The notes under the pieces are model-generated. The model was not told where the DNA came from and made no database searches. It saw only the letters and a program-made list of their open reading frames with translations. This document shows, one piece after another, positions 8,545 to 18,189 of a stretch of 32,000 nucleotides of DNA. Within the stretch, counting starts at the first letter, position 1. The number at the start of each line of letters is the position of its first letter. The DNA comes from Okeania sp. (GTDB lineage: Bacteria > Cyanobacteriota > Cyanobacteriia > Cyanobacteriales > Microcoleaceae). The position numbers and the translations under genes were made by a program. The stretch spans positions 19,438 to 51,437 of the forward strand of contig NZ_JAYKGW010000058.1 in the NCBI RefSeq assembly GCF_035285525.1. Reading direction: 5' to 3'.

Positions 8545-9228
8545 ACAATAAATCTAGTTTGATATCGAAACAAATAATAAACCAATAATAATTAAATCAT
8601 AATTACATTGATATTCTTTTCACCTTTCTGGCTTTTTGCATATAATAGCAGAAAACAGGGGGCAGAAGTAAATATTTATGCTTAATATTTTCTTGAGAAT
8701 CTGACGAATGAGAAAGTTAAATAAAGATAATTCTTACAGTATAAATATTTATATATACTAATAGGACTTACGCATTCACGCTATTAGTAGTAGTACGTCA
8801 AGGTTGAAAATGTGAGTTAAAAACCTAACCCCCCCCTGCAACGGAAGCTATGCTTTATAAACATCTTTATTTTCTTAACATAAAACTTGACAAGTTATGA
8901 GTAAATATTAATTCGGCTTTTTTGAAAATAAAGTATAAAAAAGTACATTTTTTTTGCAATTACTTAAGTATTTGTATTTAGCTACTATGATTGTTTCTCC
9001 TTTCTCCACTGCTCTCTTCTCCCCGTCTCCCCACAAAAGTTTCAGGATTTCCTGGTAATGGATAGGCAAGGGAAGGGAGAGAAATATAGCGCTGCACGCA
9101 GGCAACAGGCAACAGGCAACAGGGAAGAGGGAGAATAAATTGCTTATAATATAAGGCTTTTAGCTATTGGAAACCTCCTGCAAGTTGTAAAGCGTAAAGT
9201 GCGCACATTGCTATATTTTTCTTGTCGC

Positions 9229-11961
9229 TTATGCTCTCAGGATGAAATCATTCTCACTAATAGATGCAGTATTAGTGAGATTAGCAAATTCACTACCGCT
9301 ACCAAATTCTGCTTCTGTTCCATTAGGATTGTAGAATAACTTCCCGTTACTGCTGTTGTAAACAATAACTCCTGAAGAAGTTTCGGCATCAGCATCAGTC
9401 GTAACTATGGCAAATTCACCATTGATACTGAAACCTCTTCCTGAGTCACTGGTAATAGCAGTAAATGTAGTTTTGTCAAGTATAATTCTATCTTTTTCTG
9501 GCAGAAAATCACTGATGGTATCTATTCCCACATCTTCTTGAGCAAATTCTTGATTAGTATTGAAAATAAAACTGTCAATACCCCCTCCACCAATGAGAGT
9601 ATCGTCACCAGCACCACCGTTAAAGCGATCGCGACCTTGACCACCAATCAGAGAGTCGTCACCATTACCACCAAAGAGGCGATCGCTACCCTGACGACCT
9701 TGGAGGGTATCATTTCCGTTTTTGCCAAACAGGAAGTCATTACCTCGATTACCTATAATTTGGTCATCACCACCACTACCATTGATAGTGTCATTACCTG
9801 CTAAACCTTTAATAGTGTTATTTTCATTTGTACCATTCAGACGATCGCTTTTAGGAGTACCAGTGATATTTGGTGAAATTTGTAATTCTACTGCACCAAT
9901 ATCAACCCCTTCTCCTACAAACCGTGGTTCCCCTCTTTGGTCTGTCGTCAGTGAGTTCGGATTACTACCTGCATCAATGGCGGGACTATTGGGGAAAGGT
10001 AAGTAAGTTAACGTGAGACCACCATTGTCACTAAGGTCTCCAAGTAGAGGATCGGTGATACCTGTTTTGTCGCTATCATCGTCAAAAATATCAATAGCGT
10101 TACCTGTACCAATTAGATTATTGCCACCACTAACAACAGTGTTATTATTTCCTCTAGAGTCAAAATCAGTGCTAGAATTACCAGAGACAATACTAGAGGT
10201 AACAGTAGTATTGGGGTTGAATTCTAACTCATTAATAACTTTAGTCAGAATACCACTTCCTTGATTTGGTTGACCTCCATTACCAGTAATCGTACTATTA
10301 CTGATGCTAGCTGTTCCAGCATTATATATACCACCACCATGGTTAGATATACCTCCGCTAAAAGTGCTATTACTAATATTTGTTGTACCTGTGTTGTAGA
10401 CACCGCCACCACGATTCGCTGAATTCGTACTAAAAGTGCTATTGATAACATCTGTTTGACCTGAGTTCCTGATACCACCACCTGCTAAAAATGTAACATT
10501 TCCACTAAAAGTGGTGTTAGTGATAATAGCTTCGCCTGAGTTATTAATTCCACCACCATTATAAGCATAATTACCACTAATATCGCTATTATTAATGCTA
10601 GCAGTACCTGTGTTAAAGATACCACCACCATCACTTGTATCTGCTGAATTACCACTAATAGTGCTGTCGCTAATATTAACTGTACCTGAATTGAAGATAC
10701 CACCGCCATTACTCCCAGCTGTACCTAGTGAATTTCCAGTAACATTACTGTTATTCAAAGTGACTATACCTGAATTCGAGATACCAGCACCGGTTATATC
10801 TGCTGAGTTTCCACTAATAGTGCTATCTTTGAGATTAACTGTACCTGTGTTTTGAATACCTCCACCAAGACTATTACCAAAATTATCACTAATAGTGCTA
10901 TTGTTCAGATTGACTGTACCTGTGTTTTGAATACCTCCACCATAAAATGCTGAATTTCCACTAATAGTGCTCTTGGTAATATTCGTTGTACCTGTGTTGT
11001 TAATCCCTCCACCACCATTTAAGAAATTCTCTAAATTTCCACTAATAGTGCTGTTATTGAGAGTAAGTGTACCTGAGTTGAAGATACCACCACCAGAATC
11101 ATTTGTTACAAAACCACCTGTAACTTCGGCATTTTGCAACTCTAGATTTGCATTCTCCAAAACATGAAATACTCGATCGCCTAATCCTTCTATACCTCCA
11201 GCATCAATAACTGTTTTTTCAACTCCGTCAGAAATAATTGTTGTTTCTCCACTTCCTGCTACAATATCTAAATCTCCCGTTGCAGCAGCATCTTCATCAC
11301 TTCCTGAGATAGTCAGATTATACGTTGCTCCTGCTGTCAGTTGAATAGTATCATCTTCTGGGGTACTGTTTGCTTTAATTATTGCTTCCCGCAGAGAAGT
11401 AACTCCATCACTATCATCTACTATATCTTCAGTAGTATTTACCACAATATCTGCCAACACTCCTGCATAACTCGCCCTAATTTCTGGAGTAAATGCTAAC
11501 GCTGACTTGAATTTACCGAATATTACTTCTAAATTCCAATTACCACCTCTGTTAATATTTCCTGTCAGGGTTTCCGAGGCAGCAATATTTGCTCCGGTGA
11601 GTTGATGCAGTTGTCGGACAAATTTTTTACCTTCTTTACCACTTGCTACCTGACAACCATAAATTAATATTTCCCCATCAGCAGACAAACATTTACCCCA
11701 CTGCTGCATACTTTCGACGTATAAATGAATATTGTCATTTTTCAGGATACTATTTCCCAGATACAAAGTACCTTTTGCTCCATGAGAAATAATATGAACT
11801 GTTTCCAGATTATGGCATTCACCCAAACTTTTAGATATTTGTTCTATACCATTTTGATTGGGTTGTAGAATAACTACTTCTGTCTGAGAATCAACCTGTG
11901 AGATGAGGTGACTGTAATTTTCTACCTGGGAGTCGATGAATAATAATTTGGTTTTGTGCAT
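9229..11961 (-). CDS. Large secreted repeat protein: DUF4347-like N-terminus, parallel beta-helix repeats, C-terminal RTX calcium-binding repeats
   Basis: ORF 9229-12018, with the likely start at ATG 11961 (MHKTKLLFIDSQVENY..HIISHGAKGTLYLG). About 13 units of NSTISGN..GGGI.N.GT follow. Eight GGxGxD nonapeptides run from GSGGDDQII to GGGGIDSFI. No signal peptide, consistent with a type I secretion substrate. Confidence 0.85.
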   Translation of the reverse strand: MHKTKLLFIDSQVENYSHLISQVDSQTEVVILQPNQNGIEQISKSLGECHNLETVHIISHGAKGTLYLGNSILKNDNIHLYVESMQQWGKCLSADGEILIYGCQVASGKEGKKFVRQLHQLTGANIAASETLTGNINRGGNWNLEVIFGKFKSALAFTPEIRASYAGVLADIVVNTTEDIVDDSDGVTSLREAIIKANSTPEDDTIQLTAGATYNLTISGSDEDAAATGDLDIVAGSGETTIISDGVEKTVIDAGGIEGLGDRVFHVLENANLELQNAEVTGGFVTNDSGGGIFNSGTLTLNNSTISGNLENFLNGGGGINNTGTTNITKSTISGNSAFYGGGIQNTGTVNLNNSTISDNFGNSLGGGIQNTGTVNLKDSTISGNSADITGAGISNSGIVTLNNSNVTGNSLGTAGSNGGGIFNSGTVNISDSTISGNSADTSDGGGIFNTGTASINNSDISGNYAYNGGGINNSGEAIITNTTFSGNVTFLAGGGIRNSGQTDVINSTFSTNSANRGGGVYNTGTTNISNSTFSGGISNHGGGIYNAGTASISNSTITGNGGQPNQGSGILTKVINELEFNPNTTVTSSIVSGNSSTDFDSRGNNNTVVSGGNNLIGTGNAIDIFDDDSDKTGITDPLLGDLSDNGGLTLTYLPFPNSPAIDAGSNPNSLTTDQRGEPRFVGEGVDIGAVELQISPNITGTPKSDRLNGTNENNTIKGLAGNDTINGSGGDDQIIGNRGNDFLFGKNGNDTLQGRQGSDRLFGGNGDDSLIGGQGRDRFNGGAGDDTLIGGGGIDSFIFNTNQEFAQEDVGIDTISDFLPEKDRIILDKTTFTAITSDSGRGFSINGEFAIVTTDADAETSSGVIVYNSSNGKLFYNPNGTEAEFGSGSEFANLTNTASISENDFILRA

Positions 11962-12024
11962 AATTTTAGAAGGGTTTTCAAGTGTAGGAAAAATTAAAAT
12001 TAGCAAGTATTCTAGCATTAATAC

Positions 12025-12117
12025 AGGACTTACGCAAGTGCAACGTATTTTCGTCCGATACGACGGTCGGTAAGCAATCTCAAAGCCCTGTTTTTCCTAC
12101 CTCATGGCTTTAGTCCT
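12025..12117. repeat. MITE-like element, AGGACTTACGCA ... GGCTTTAGTCCT ends
   Basis: Its reverse complement (TAGGACTAAAGCCATGAGGTAGGAAAAA.AGGG.TTTGAGATTGCT) matches the left half of the element at 26712-26866. Confidence 0.7.
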
Positions 12118-12204
12118 ATAATATTTAGCAGTACGCTGAAAACTTTAAAAATTTTTTACAGGAGGTTCATAAATCTTCCGTATCTAACTCTTAACTACTA
12201 CCTA

Positions 12205-12432
12205 CTATAACTGAATATTTACCTTTAAAAAAGATAGTTCACGTTGGTTATTGACACAATCTTGAAGATATCAATCAATTAATTCTTGATAGCAAATTCC
12301 TTTTTCTTGGGCTTTTTTCTCAAAATATTCTATTACTTCATTTCCTAAAGATAAACTCACTTGTTGCTTTAGTTTTTTTGCATAAGGATTAGGACGACTT
12401 TTCATTTTAGTTAGATCATATTCTGGCTGCAT
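12205..12432 (-). pseudogene. BrnA-like (CopG/RHH-type) antitoxin gene with an in-frame TGA; not in the ORF track
   Basis: My translation: MQPEYDLTKMKSRPNPYAKKLKQQVSLSLGNEVIEYFEKKAQEKGICYQELID*YLQDCVNNQRELSFLKVNIQL*. The TGA at 12271-12273 sits where family members, as I recall them, read ..LINLYLRDC... A possible BrnT C-terminal relic (GLNIVVYPFKKCCNIQEISNCLNQYRG*) lies upstream at 12437-12520. Confidence 0.5.
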
Positions 12433-12526
12433 ACTTTTATCCTCGATATTGATTCAGACAATTGGATATTTCCTGGATATTACAGCACTTTTTAAATGGA
12501 TAAACCACAATGTTCAAACCAAAATC

Positions 12527-12568
12527 CAGTAGGGACGTTAGCATTTTTGTTATGCAACGTCCCTACTG
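12527..12568. repeat. Strong hairpin CAGTAGGGACGTTAGCAT-TTTTGTT-ATGCAACGTCCCTACTG
   Basis: 13-bp perfect outer stem (12527-12539 / 12556-12568) plus an inner GCAT/ATGC stem. Half-sites of the same motif occur at 14608-14625 and 27022-27050. Confidence 0.7.
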
Positions 12569-12742
12569 TGGTTTACAAAAATGAAAACCGCTGTATGAGT
12601 AGATTTACTCAAAAACAAAAATTAATTTTTATAAAGTGCCATATTTATTGTAAAAGTTATATACAGAATCTTCTTAGAGAAGAAAATTCAAAATCAAAAG
12701 TTAAAAGTTTAAATTAACTAAAACTGATAACTTAAATAACAC

Positions 12743-12856
12743 AGGACTTACGCATAATCGACGAGTTTTGGTGATTTGAGATTGCTATCCTGACGGACTG
12801 CTTCGCAAACGCACCTCACGAGCAATGACAGAAATGCCTTGTGTTGCGTAAGTCCT
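12743..12856. repeat. MITE-like palindromic element with perfect AGGACTTACGCA / TGCGTAAGTCCT termini
   Basis: Termini at 12743-12754 and 12845-12856. The internal TTTGAGATTGCTATCCTGACGGACTGC block is shared with 26745-26790. It ends 22 nt before the pgm start. Confidence 0.8.
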
Positions 12857-12872
12857 ATAACAATTTCCATAA

Positions 12873-14513
<1,641 letters not shown>

Positions 14514-14546
14514 TTTGAAGGTTGTTATTTGCCAGATTGTTTAGTT

Positions 14547-14565
14547 TGGGAGCAAGATGCTCCCA
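14547..14565 (+). terminator. Candidate intrinsic terminator of pgm
   Basis: TGGGAGCA-AGA-TGCTCCCA, a perfect 8-bp stem 34 nt after the pgm stop. The downstream tract is only moderately T-rich. Confidence 0.4.
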
Positions 14566-14633
14566 CTATTTGACAGCGTTTTTCAGATCAAACTTTGTAG
14601 GTAAGTTCCATGAAACGTCCCTATAATTAAACT

Positions 14634-14681
14634 GGTAACACAACCATCCTGGTTGTTACAGCCTAGAAGGCTGTGTTACAG
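14634..14681. repeat. Twin-hairpin repeat GGTAACACAACC....GGTTGTTACAGC......GGCTGTGTTACAG
   Basis: Same architecture at 18116-18165 and 23338-23386. Confidence 0.7.
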
Positions 14682-14761
14682 AGCGGTAGGGTGTGTTAGC
14701 GCATCTCGTAAAGCACCAAGGTACTATAATATAAAACCCATGTTGGTATCTCTGGACGAGG

Positions 14762-14888
14762 TGCAAGTTTTTGGCAAAGGAGACAGGATTCAACCCACCC
14801 CGAACCCCTCCCAGGAGGGGAGATGGAGAAAGAGAATCAGGAAAAAGGTAGAAAAATAGTCCTATATTAACCATCTCCCCATCTCCAC
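14762..14888. repeat. ~130-bp dispersed repeat (TTTTTGGCAAAGGAG..CAACCCACCCCGAACCCCTCCCAGGAGGGGAG..GAAAAAGGTAGAAAAATA..CCATCTCCCCATC)
   Basis: Its reverse complement aligns block by block with 23030-23155. The CCCCTCCCAGGAGGGGA core also occurs at 2277-2294. Track ORFs 14653-14859 and 14656-14874 lie inside it. Confidence 0.7.
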
Positions 14889-14889
14889 T

Positions 14890-17007
14890 TTACGGTTCAA
14901 TGTAGTTTTCCACTGTTTTGAAGGTATTGCCTTTTGAAAACTGATACTCGTAAAGGGTTTGGAAAAACTTAAGATCGACCTGGCGCCAGCTAACCCAGCC
15001 AATTCCTGAATATCTATCATCAGACAACGAGTACAATACAAAGCTTAACACATGGTTGATGTAAATGAGCGAAAATCCTTCTTGCTCCAGGATGACATTT
15101 TCTGTGTTACTGCGCTGATGTACCATGATCTGAAATGGTGATTCGTTGTTCCAGTCATCTTGAATAGATTGATTAAGAGCATTATATACCTGATTTTTGA
15201 AGTGATGAGTGTCATGCTCAAGCACGAAGCGAAACTCTTCTCTTTCGGTGTCCATTGCCGTTCTCTTGAAAAAATCATGGTGTCCGTCGGTTATAATCTT
15301 GTGGACAAAAGGAATGGAATATATAGCCTTGACATGACCTAAAGCATAAAGCGCTTCCACCGTCTCCAGTTGTTCGACAAAAAAGCGTCCCTGCTCAAGA
15401 TCAAAGCTATTATCAATCACTCGCTTCAATTCAGGAACTTCCTCCAGTTGATCGGGATCAATATTCCTTAACAAAGCGGGGATGCTTTGTCTTTTTTGAT
15501 ATTGCGTATCAAGAACTAAAGTAAGTTCTTTCGTCTCACCAGCAAGCAGATGATCTCTTAGTTGACGTTGGAAAGAAGGAAGGTATATCTTCTGGTTTTC
15601 ATTCCAAAACATTGACCTAATTGACAACTCTGCCGATGAATCGACATTGTTATTCGTTTTCCAATCTGCAACCACATGACCGACAACCTGTGATTTACCT
15701 AAGAAGGAGCCCCGTTTAGCTTGCCAAATCTGTACAGCTTTATGGGTTGGTCTGACGGGACCGACTTTCAAACTGTATTGGTTATCGAAGCTATAGGTAT
15801 AAACTTTTTCTTCTTGACGATTCTGTTGCGCGATTCGCTCAATGTTGCCTTCCATAGGTGTTCCTGGAAGGGAGAACTTCACTCCTGAAGATGTTTGTGT
15901 AGAAGAAAGGTTTCTCCTGACATTATTATCACTGAATGAAATGCTCTGATCGTTCAAATCAGCATAGTATTCTTTTACCAGAGTAAACCTAATTCCAGAC
16001 AAATTATTGAAATAATCAGCGTCTAGTAAAAATCTGTTTAACTTTTCATACAGCCAACTTAGTAGTAGTGATAAAAACAGTGGAATTAACACCAACATCA
16101 TCAGTTCCCAGGGAGTCGATAACCATAAAAAGGAAAGAAAAGAATTATCTGTTTGATCTAAGAACATATCAAATGCCAAAACATATTGATTTCCATCCAT
16201 GTCTTTGAAACGATACCAGAGTGCTCTGATGGCATTGGGAGTCCTTTTATCAGTGATATCAATGAAAATTCCAGTAAGTCCTGATGTACCTTCATAAACT
16301 TTTTGCGAATAAAAAGTCTCATATTCATTTATACTAGATTTATACCAAGGGCGCTCTCTGTAGTTAAGTTTTCTGTTATTGAAAACTCCATCTGAAGTCC
16401 CAGGATAAAGAGCTATAACACCATTTTTTTCATCAAATAAGTAGACAGTGTCTATTCTGAATCCAGGTACTCGATCTAAAAAATTCAGATCGCCTGTGAG
16501 ATACTTAATAAATATTCTGCTATGTTCTAGACTAACGTCTTCAGGTTTTTTCGAGAGTAACTTCTCACCTTGCTGAAGCATTAGTTTTTGAAATTGACGA
16601 AAAACAACGCTTTGTTTTGATTGGTCAGATCGCTTTTGGTATTCGGTCTTCGATTCCGTATCAAAGTCAGCGATATAGATACAATCAAAATAGGCATCTT
16701 TTTTTATACTATTTTTTTTAATTTCTATTTTGAGAGCGTTATTACATTTACTAAAATCTGAAAGTTCTTGATTTTGGGGCAACACGCGCAGACCGTCAAT
16801 CTCATCCTCAAGATTTTCCTGAGCTTTCTTGATAAAATCTTCAAAAACCTGAGTTTTAGGTGTTTCTTCTTTCAAACTTTGATGCCATGCAATATTAAGA
16901 GCTTGTCGCTCTAATTCCTGACGTAATCGAAAAATTGGAACTTCAACGAAACAGATTGCGATAAAAATCAACAAAAGCCTTACTGGTTTTACAGATTGCA
17001 AATTCAT
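14890..17007 (-). CDS. Two-TM membrane protein with a Cache-like extracytoplasmic region and an unassigned ~385-aa cytoplasmic region
   Basis: ORF 14890-17037. The preferred start is ATG 17007 (MNLQSVKP..), preceded by GGAG about 10 nt upstream. In 715-aa ORF numbering, TM1 is about 19-36 and TM2 about 301-330. YRERPWYKSS at 226-235 resembles the RPWY signature of Cache sensor domains. I see no HAMP, H-box, GGDEF, EAL, MCP or Walker motif downstream. Confidence 0.75.
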   Translation of the reverse strand: MNLQSVKPVRLLLIFIAICFVEVPIFRLRQELERQALNIAWHQSLKEETPKTQVFEDFIKKAQENLEDEIDGLRVLPQNQELSDFSKCNNALKIEIKKNSIKKDAYFDCIYIADFDTESKTEYQKRSDQSKQSVVFRQFQKLMLQQGEKLLSKKPEDVSLEHSRIFIKYLTGDLNFLDRVPGFRIDTVYLFDEKNGVIALYPGTSDGVFNNRKLNYRERPWYKSSINEYETFYSQKVYEGTSGLTGIFIDITDKRTPNAIRALWYRFKDMDGNQYVLAFDMFLDQTDNSFLSFLWLSTPWELMMLVLIPLFLSLLLSWLYEKLNRFLLDADYFNNLSGIRFTLVKEYYADLNDQSISFSDNNVRRNLSSTQTSSGVKFSLPGTPMEGNIERIAQQNRQEEKVYTYSFDNQYSLKVGPVRPTHKAVQIWQAKRGSFLGKSQVVGHVVADWKTNNNVDSSAELSIRSMFWNENQKIYLPSFQRQLRDHLLAGETKELTLVLDTQYQKRQSIPALLRNIDPDQLEEVPELKRVIDNSFDLEQGRFFVEQLETVEALYALGHVKAIYSIPFVHKIITDGHHDFFKRTAMDTEREEFRFVLEHDTHHFKNQVYNALNQSIQDDWNNESPFQIMVHQRSNTENVILEQEGFSLIYINHVLSFVLYSLSDDRYSGIGWVSWRQVDLKFFQTLYEYQFSKGNTFKTVENYIEP

Positions 17008-17440
17008 TGCATAATTTCTCCACAACAACAACAACATCGGTCAAACCAAACAGATTGAGGAAACAGCTAAAGAAAACTAAATATAGTGTTAGTGCAATTT
17101 GCGATCAGCTTCCTTTAATTCTCTTGAAGGTTTGAAAATTTTTAGGTATCAAAAAGTGCTAGCTTTTAGGTGTTTCCACACAAAAATTTAGCATTTTGGG
17201 TAAGAGTTGGGCAGAAAAACTAAGGGACAATTTTTCCGAGTACTTCTTCTATAATTCTCATTGATTCTGATACCAAATCCGGGCACAAAAAAGGTGTATA
17301 CATATATATTGGTTAACACCTTTATACCTCTAAAATAATTAAGCTTAAACTTAAACTACCTGAATAAAAAGTTAGTTTCCGTAAATAAATTTATGTAGAT
17401 TTATATAGATTATCGAGGAGTTTTTAATAGCATAAATTAT

Positions 17441-17555
17441 GCATAAGCAACCAATAAACTAGATTTATTTTCGTGATATTGTTGTTGAAACCAAGAAACT
17501 TGCGCAAAGAAACCCGGTTTCTACAAAAAACCGGGTTTCTGGGTTTGCCTGCGTA
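17441..17555. repeat. MITE-like element of the ..CCAATAAAC..GATATTGT.GTT.AAACCA.GAAA..AAACC.GG.TT.CTGCGTA.. subfamily
   Basis: Aligns along its length with 21025-21125. Its right end is abutted or truncated by the repeat at 17556. Confidence 0.65.
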
Positions 17556-17616
17556 GTAGGGGTTTGGTCTCCAAACCTCTACAATAAAATCTTACAACCT
17601 ATTTAGGATTGCTATA
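17556..17616. repeat. Copy of the GTAGGGGTTTGGTCTCCAAACC...AGGATTGCTATA element
   Basis: Matches 3712-3801 minus that copy's internal insertion. Its last bases supply the TAG stop (17612-17614) of the EVE gene. Confidence 0.7.
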
Positions 17617-18067
17617 CATTTTTCATGGCTAAAATTTTCTCTGCCACATTTTCAGCAACAGGCATTACAGATAATCTATTTCCTTTTTTAACAACTAATA
17701 ATTCATCTTCAGTAAATTGTTGTTTTAAATTAGCTAAAGATATTAACTGAGGAAATTCTTCTACAAATTCTACAGAAACAGTCTGCCACCGAGGTGCATT
17801 AGGAGTAGATTTAGAATCATAATATTTGCTTTCTGGGTCAAACTGAGTAGGGTCAGCAATGCCACTTTCTAATATTTTTACTAACCCAATAATCCCAGGA
17901 GGTGTAGTATTAGAATGATAGAAAAATGCTAAATCTCCAGGGTTCATTTGTCGGATAAAATTCCGTGCTTGATAATTTCTTACTCCATCCCAAATACAAG
18001 TTTTTTCTTGTTTCATATCTGAGATACTGTAAGTTTTTGGTTCTGATTTGATTAGCCAATATTTCAT
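17612..18067 (-). CDS. EVE (PUA-like) domain protein
   Basis: 151-aa ORF: MKYWLIKSEPKTYSISDM...WDGVRNYQARNFIRQMNPGDLAFFYHSN...G(I/L)VKI. This is the characteristic standalone EVE layout. Confidence 0.85.
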   Translation of the reverse strand: MKYWLIKSEPKTYSISDMKQEKTCIWDGVRNYQARNFIRQMNPGDLAFFYHSNTTPPGIIGLVKILESGIADPTQFDPESKYYDSKSTPNAPRWQTVSVEFVEEFPQLISLANLKQQFTEDELLVVKKGNRLSVMPVAENVAEKILAMKNV

Positions 18068-18068
18068 A

Positions 18069-18105
18069 GGGGAATAGGGAATAGGGAGTAGGGAGTAGGG
18101 AGTAG
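18069..18105. repeat. Heptamer array (GGGAATA)2(GGGAGTA)3
   Basis: Starts 1 nt upstream of the EVE ATG (18067). The same GGGAGTA array occurs at 31544-31585 and in degenerate form at 26508-26560. Confidence 0.8.
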
Positions 18106-18115
18106 TTAAGGGTTT

Positions 18116-18165
18116 GGTAACACAACCTTCGGTGGTTGTTACAGCAAACGAAGGCTGTGTTACAG
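18116..18165. repeat. Twin-hairpin repeat GGTAACACAACCTTCGGTGGTTGTTACAGCAAACGAAGGCTGTGTTACAG
   Basis: Near-identical to 23338-23386. Lies between the hydantoinase-like stop and the EVE start. Confidence 0.75.
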
Positions 18166-18189
18166 TGGATTTGCTGTAACTGATAACTG

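Noticed and set aside
9538-11167. Six track ORFs on either strand (9538-9804, 9722-10006, 10013-10264, 10245-10481, 10485-10709, 10595-10855, 10967-11167) inside the RTX/beta-helix gene
   Set aside because: They are by-products of the highly repetitive Gly/Asn/Thr/Ser codon pattern of the 9229-11961 gene. They give low-complexity translations and are fully nested in a far better-supported CDS.
12496-12717. 73-aa plus-strand ORF, and the 65-aa ORF at 8908-9105 (minus)
   Set aside because: 12496-12717 begins in the strong 12527-12568 hairpin and runs through AT-rich spacer. 8908-9105 covers spacer and heptamer repeats. Neither resembles a family I know or has a plausible RBS.
14653-14874. Overlapping 68-aa (+) and 72-aa (-) ORFs
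   Set aside because: Both lie wholly inside the twin-hairpin and ~130-bp dispersed repeats. An equivalent ORF appears in the inverted copy (22921-23196), showing these are repeat-derived open frames rather than genes.
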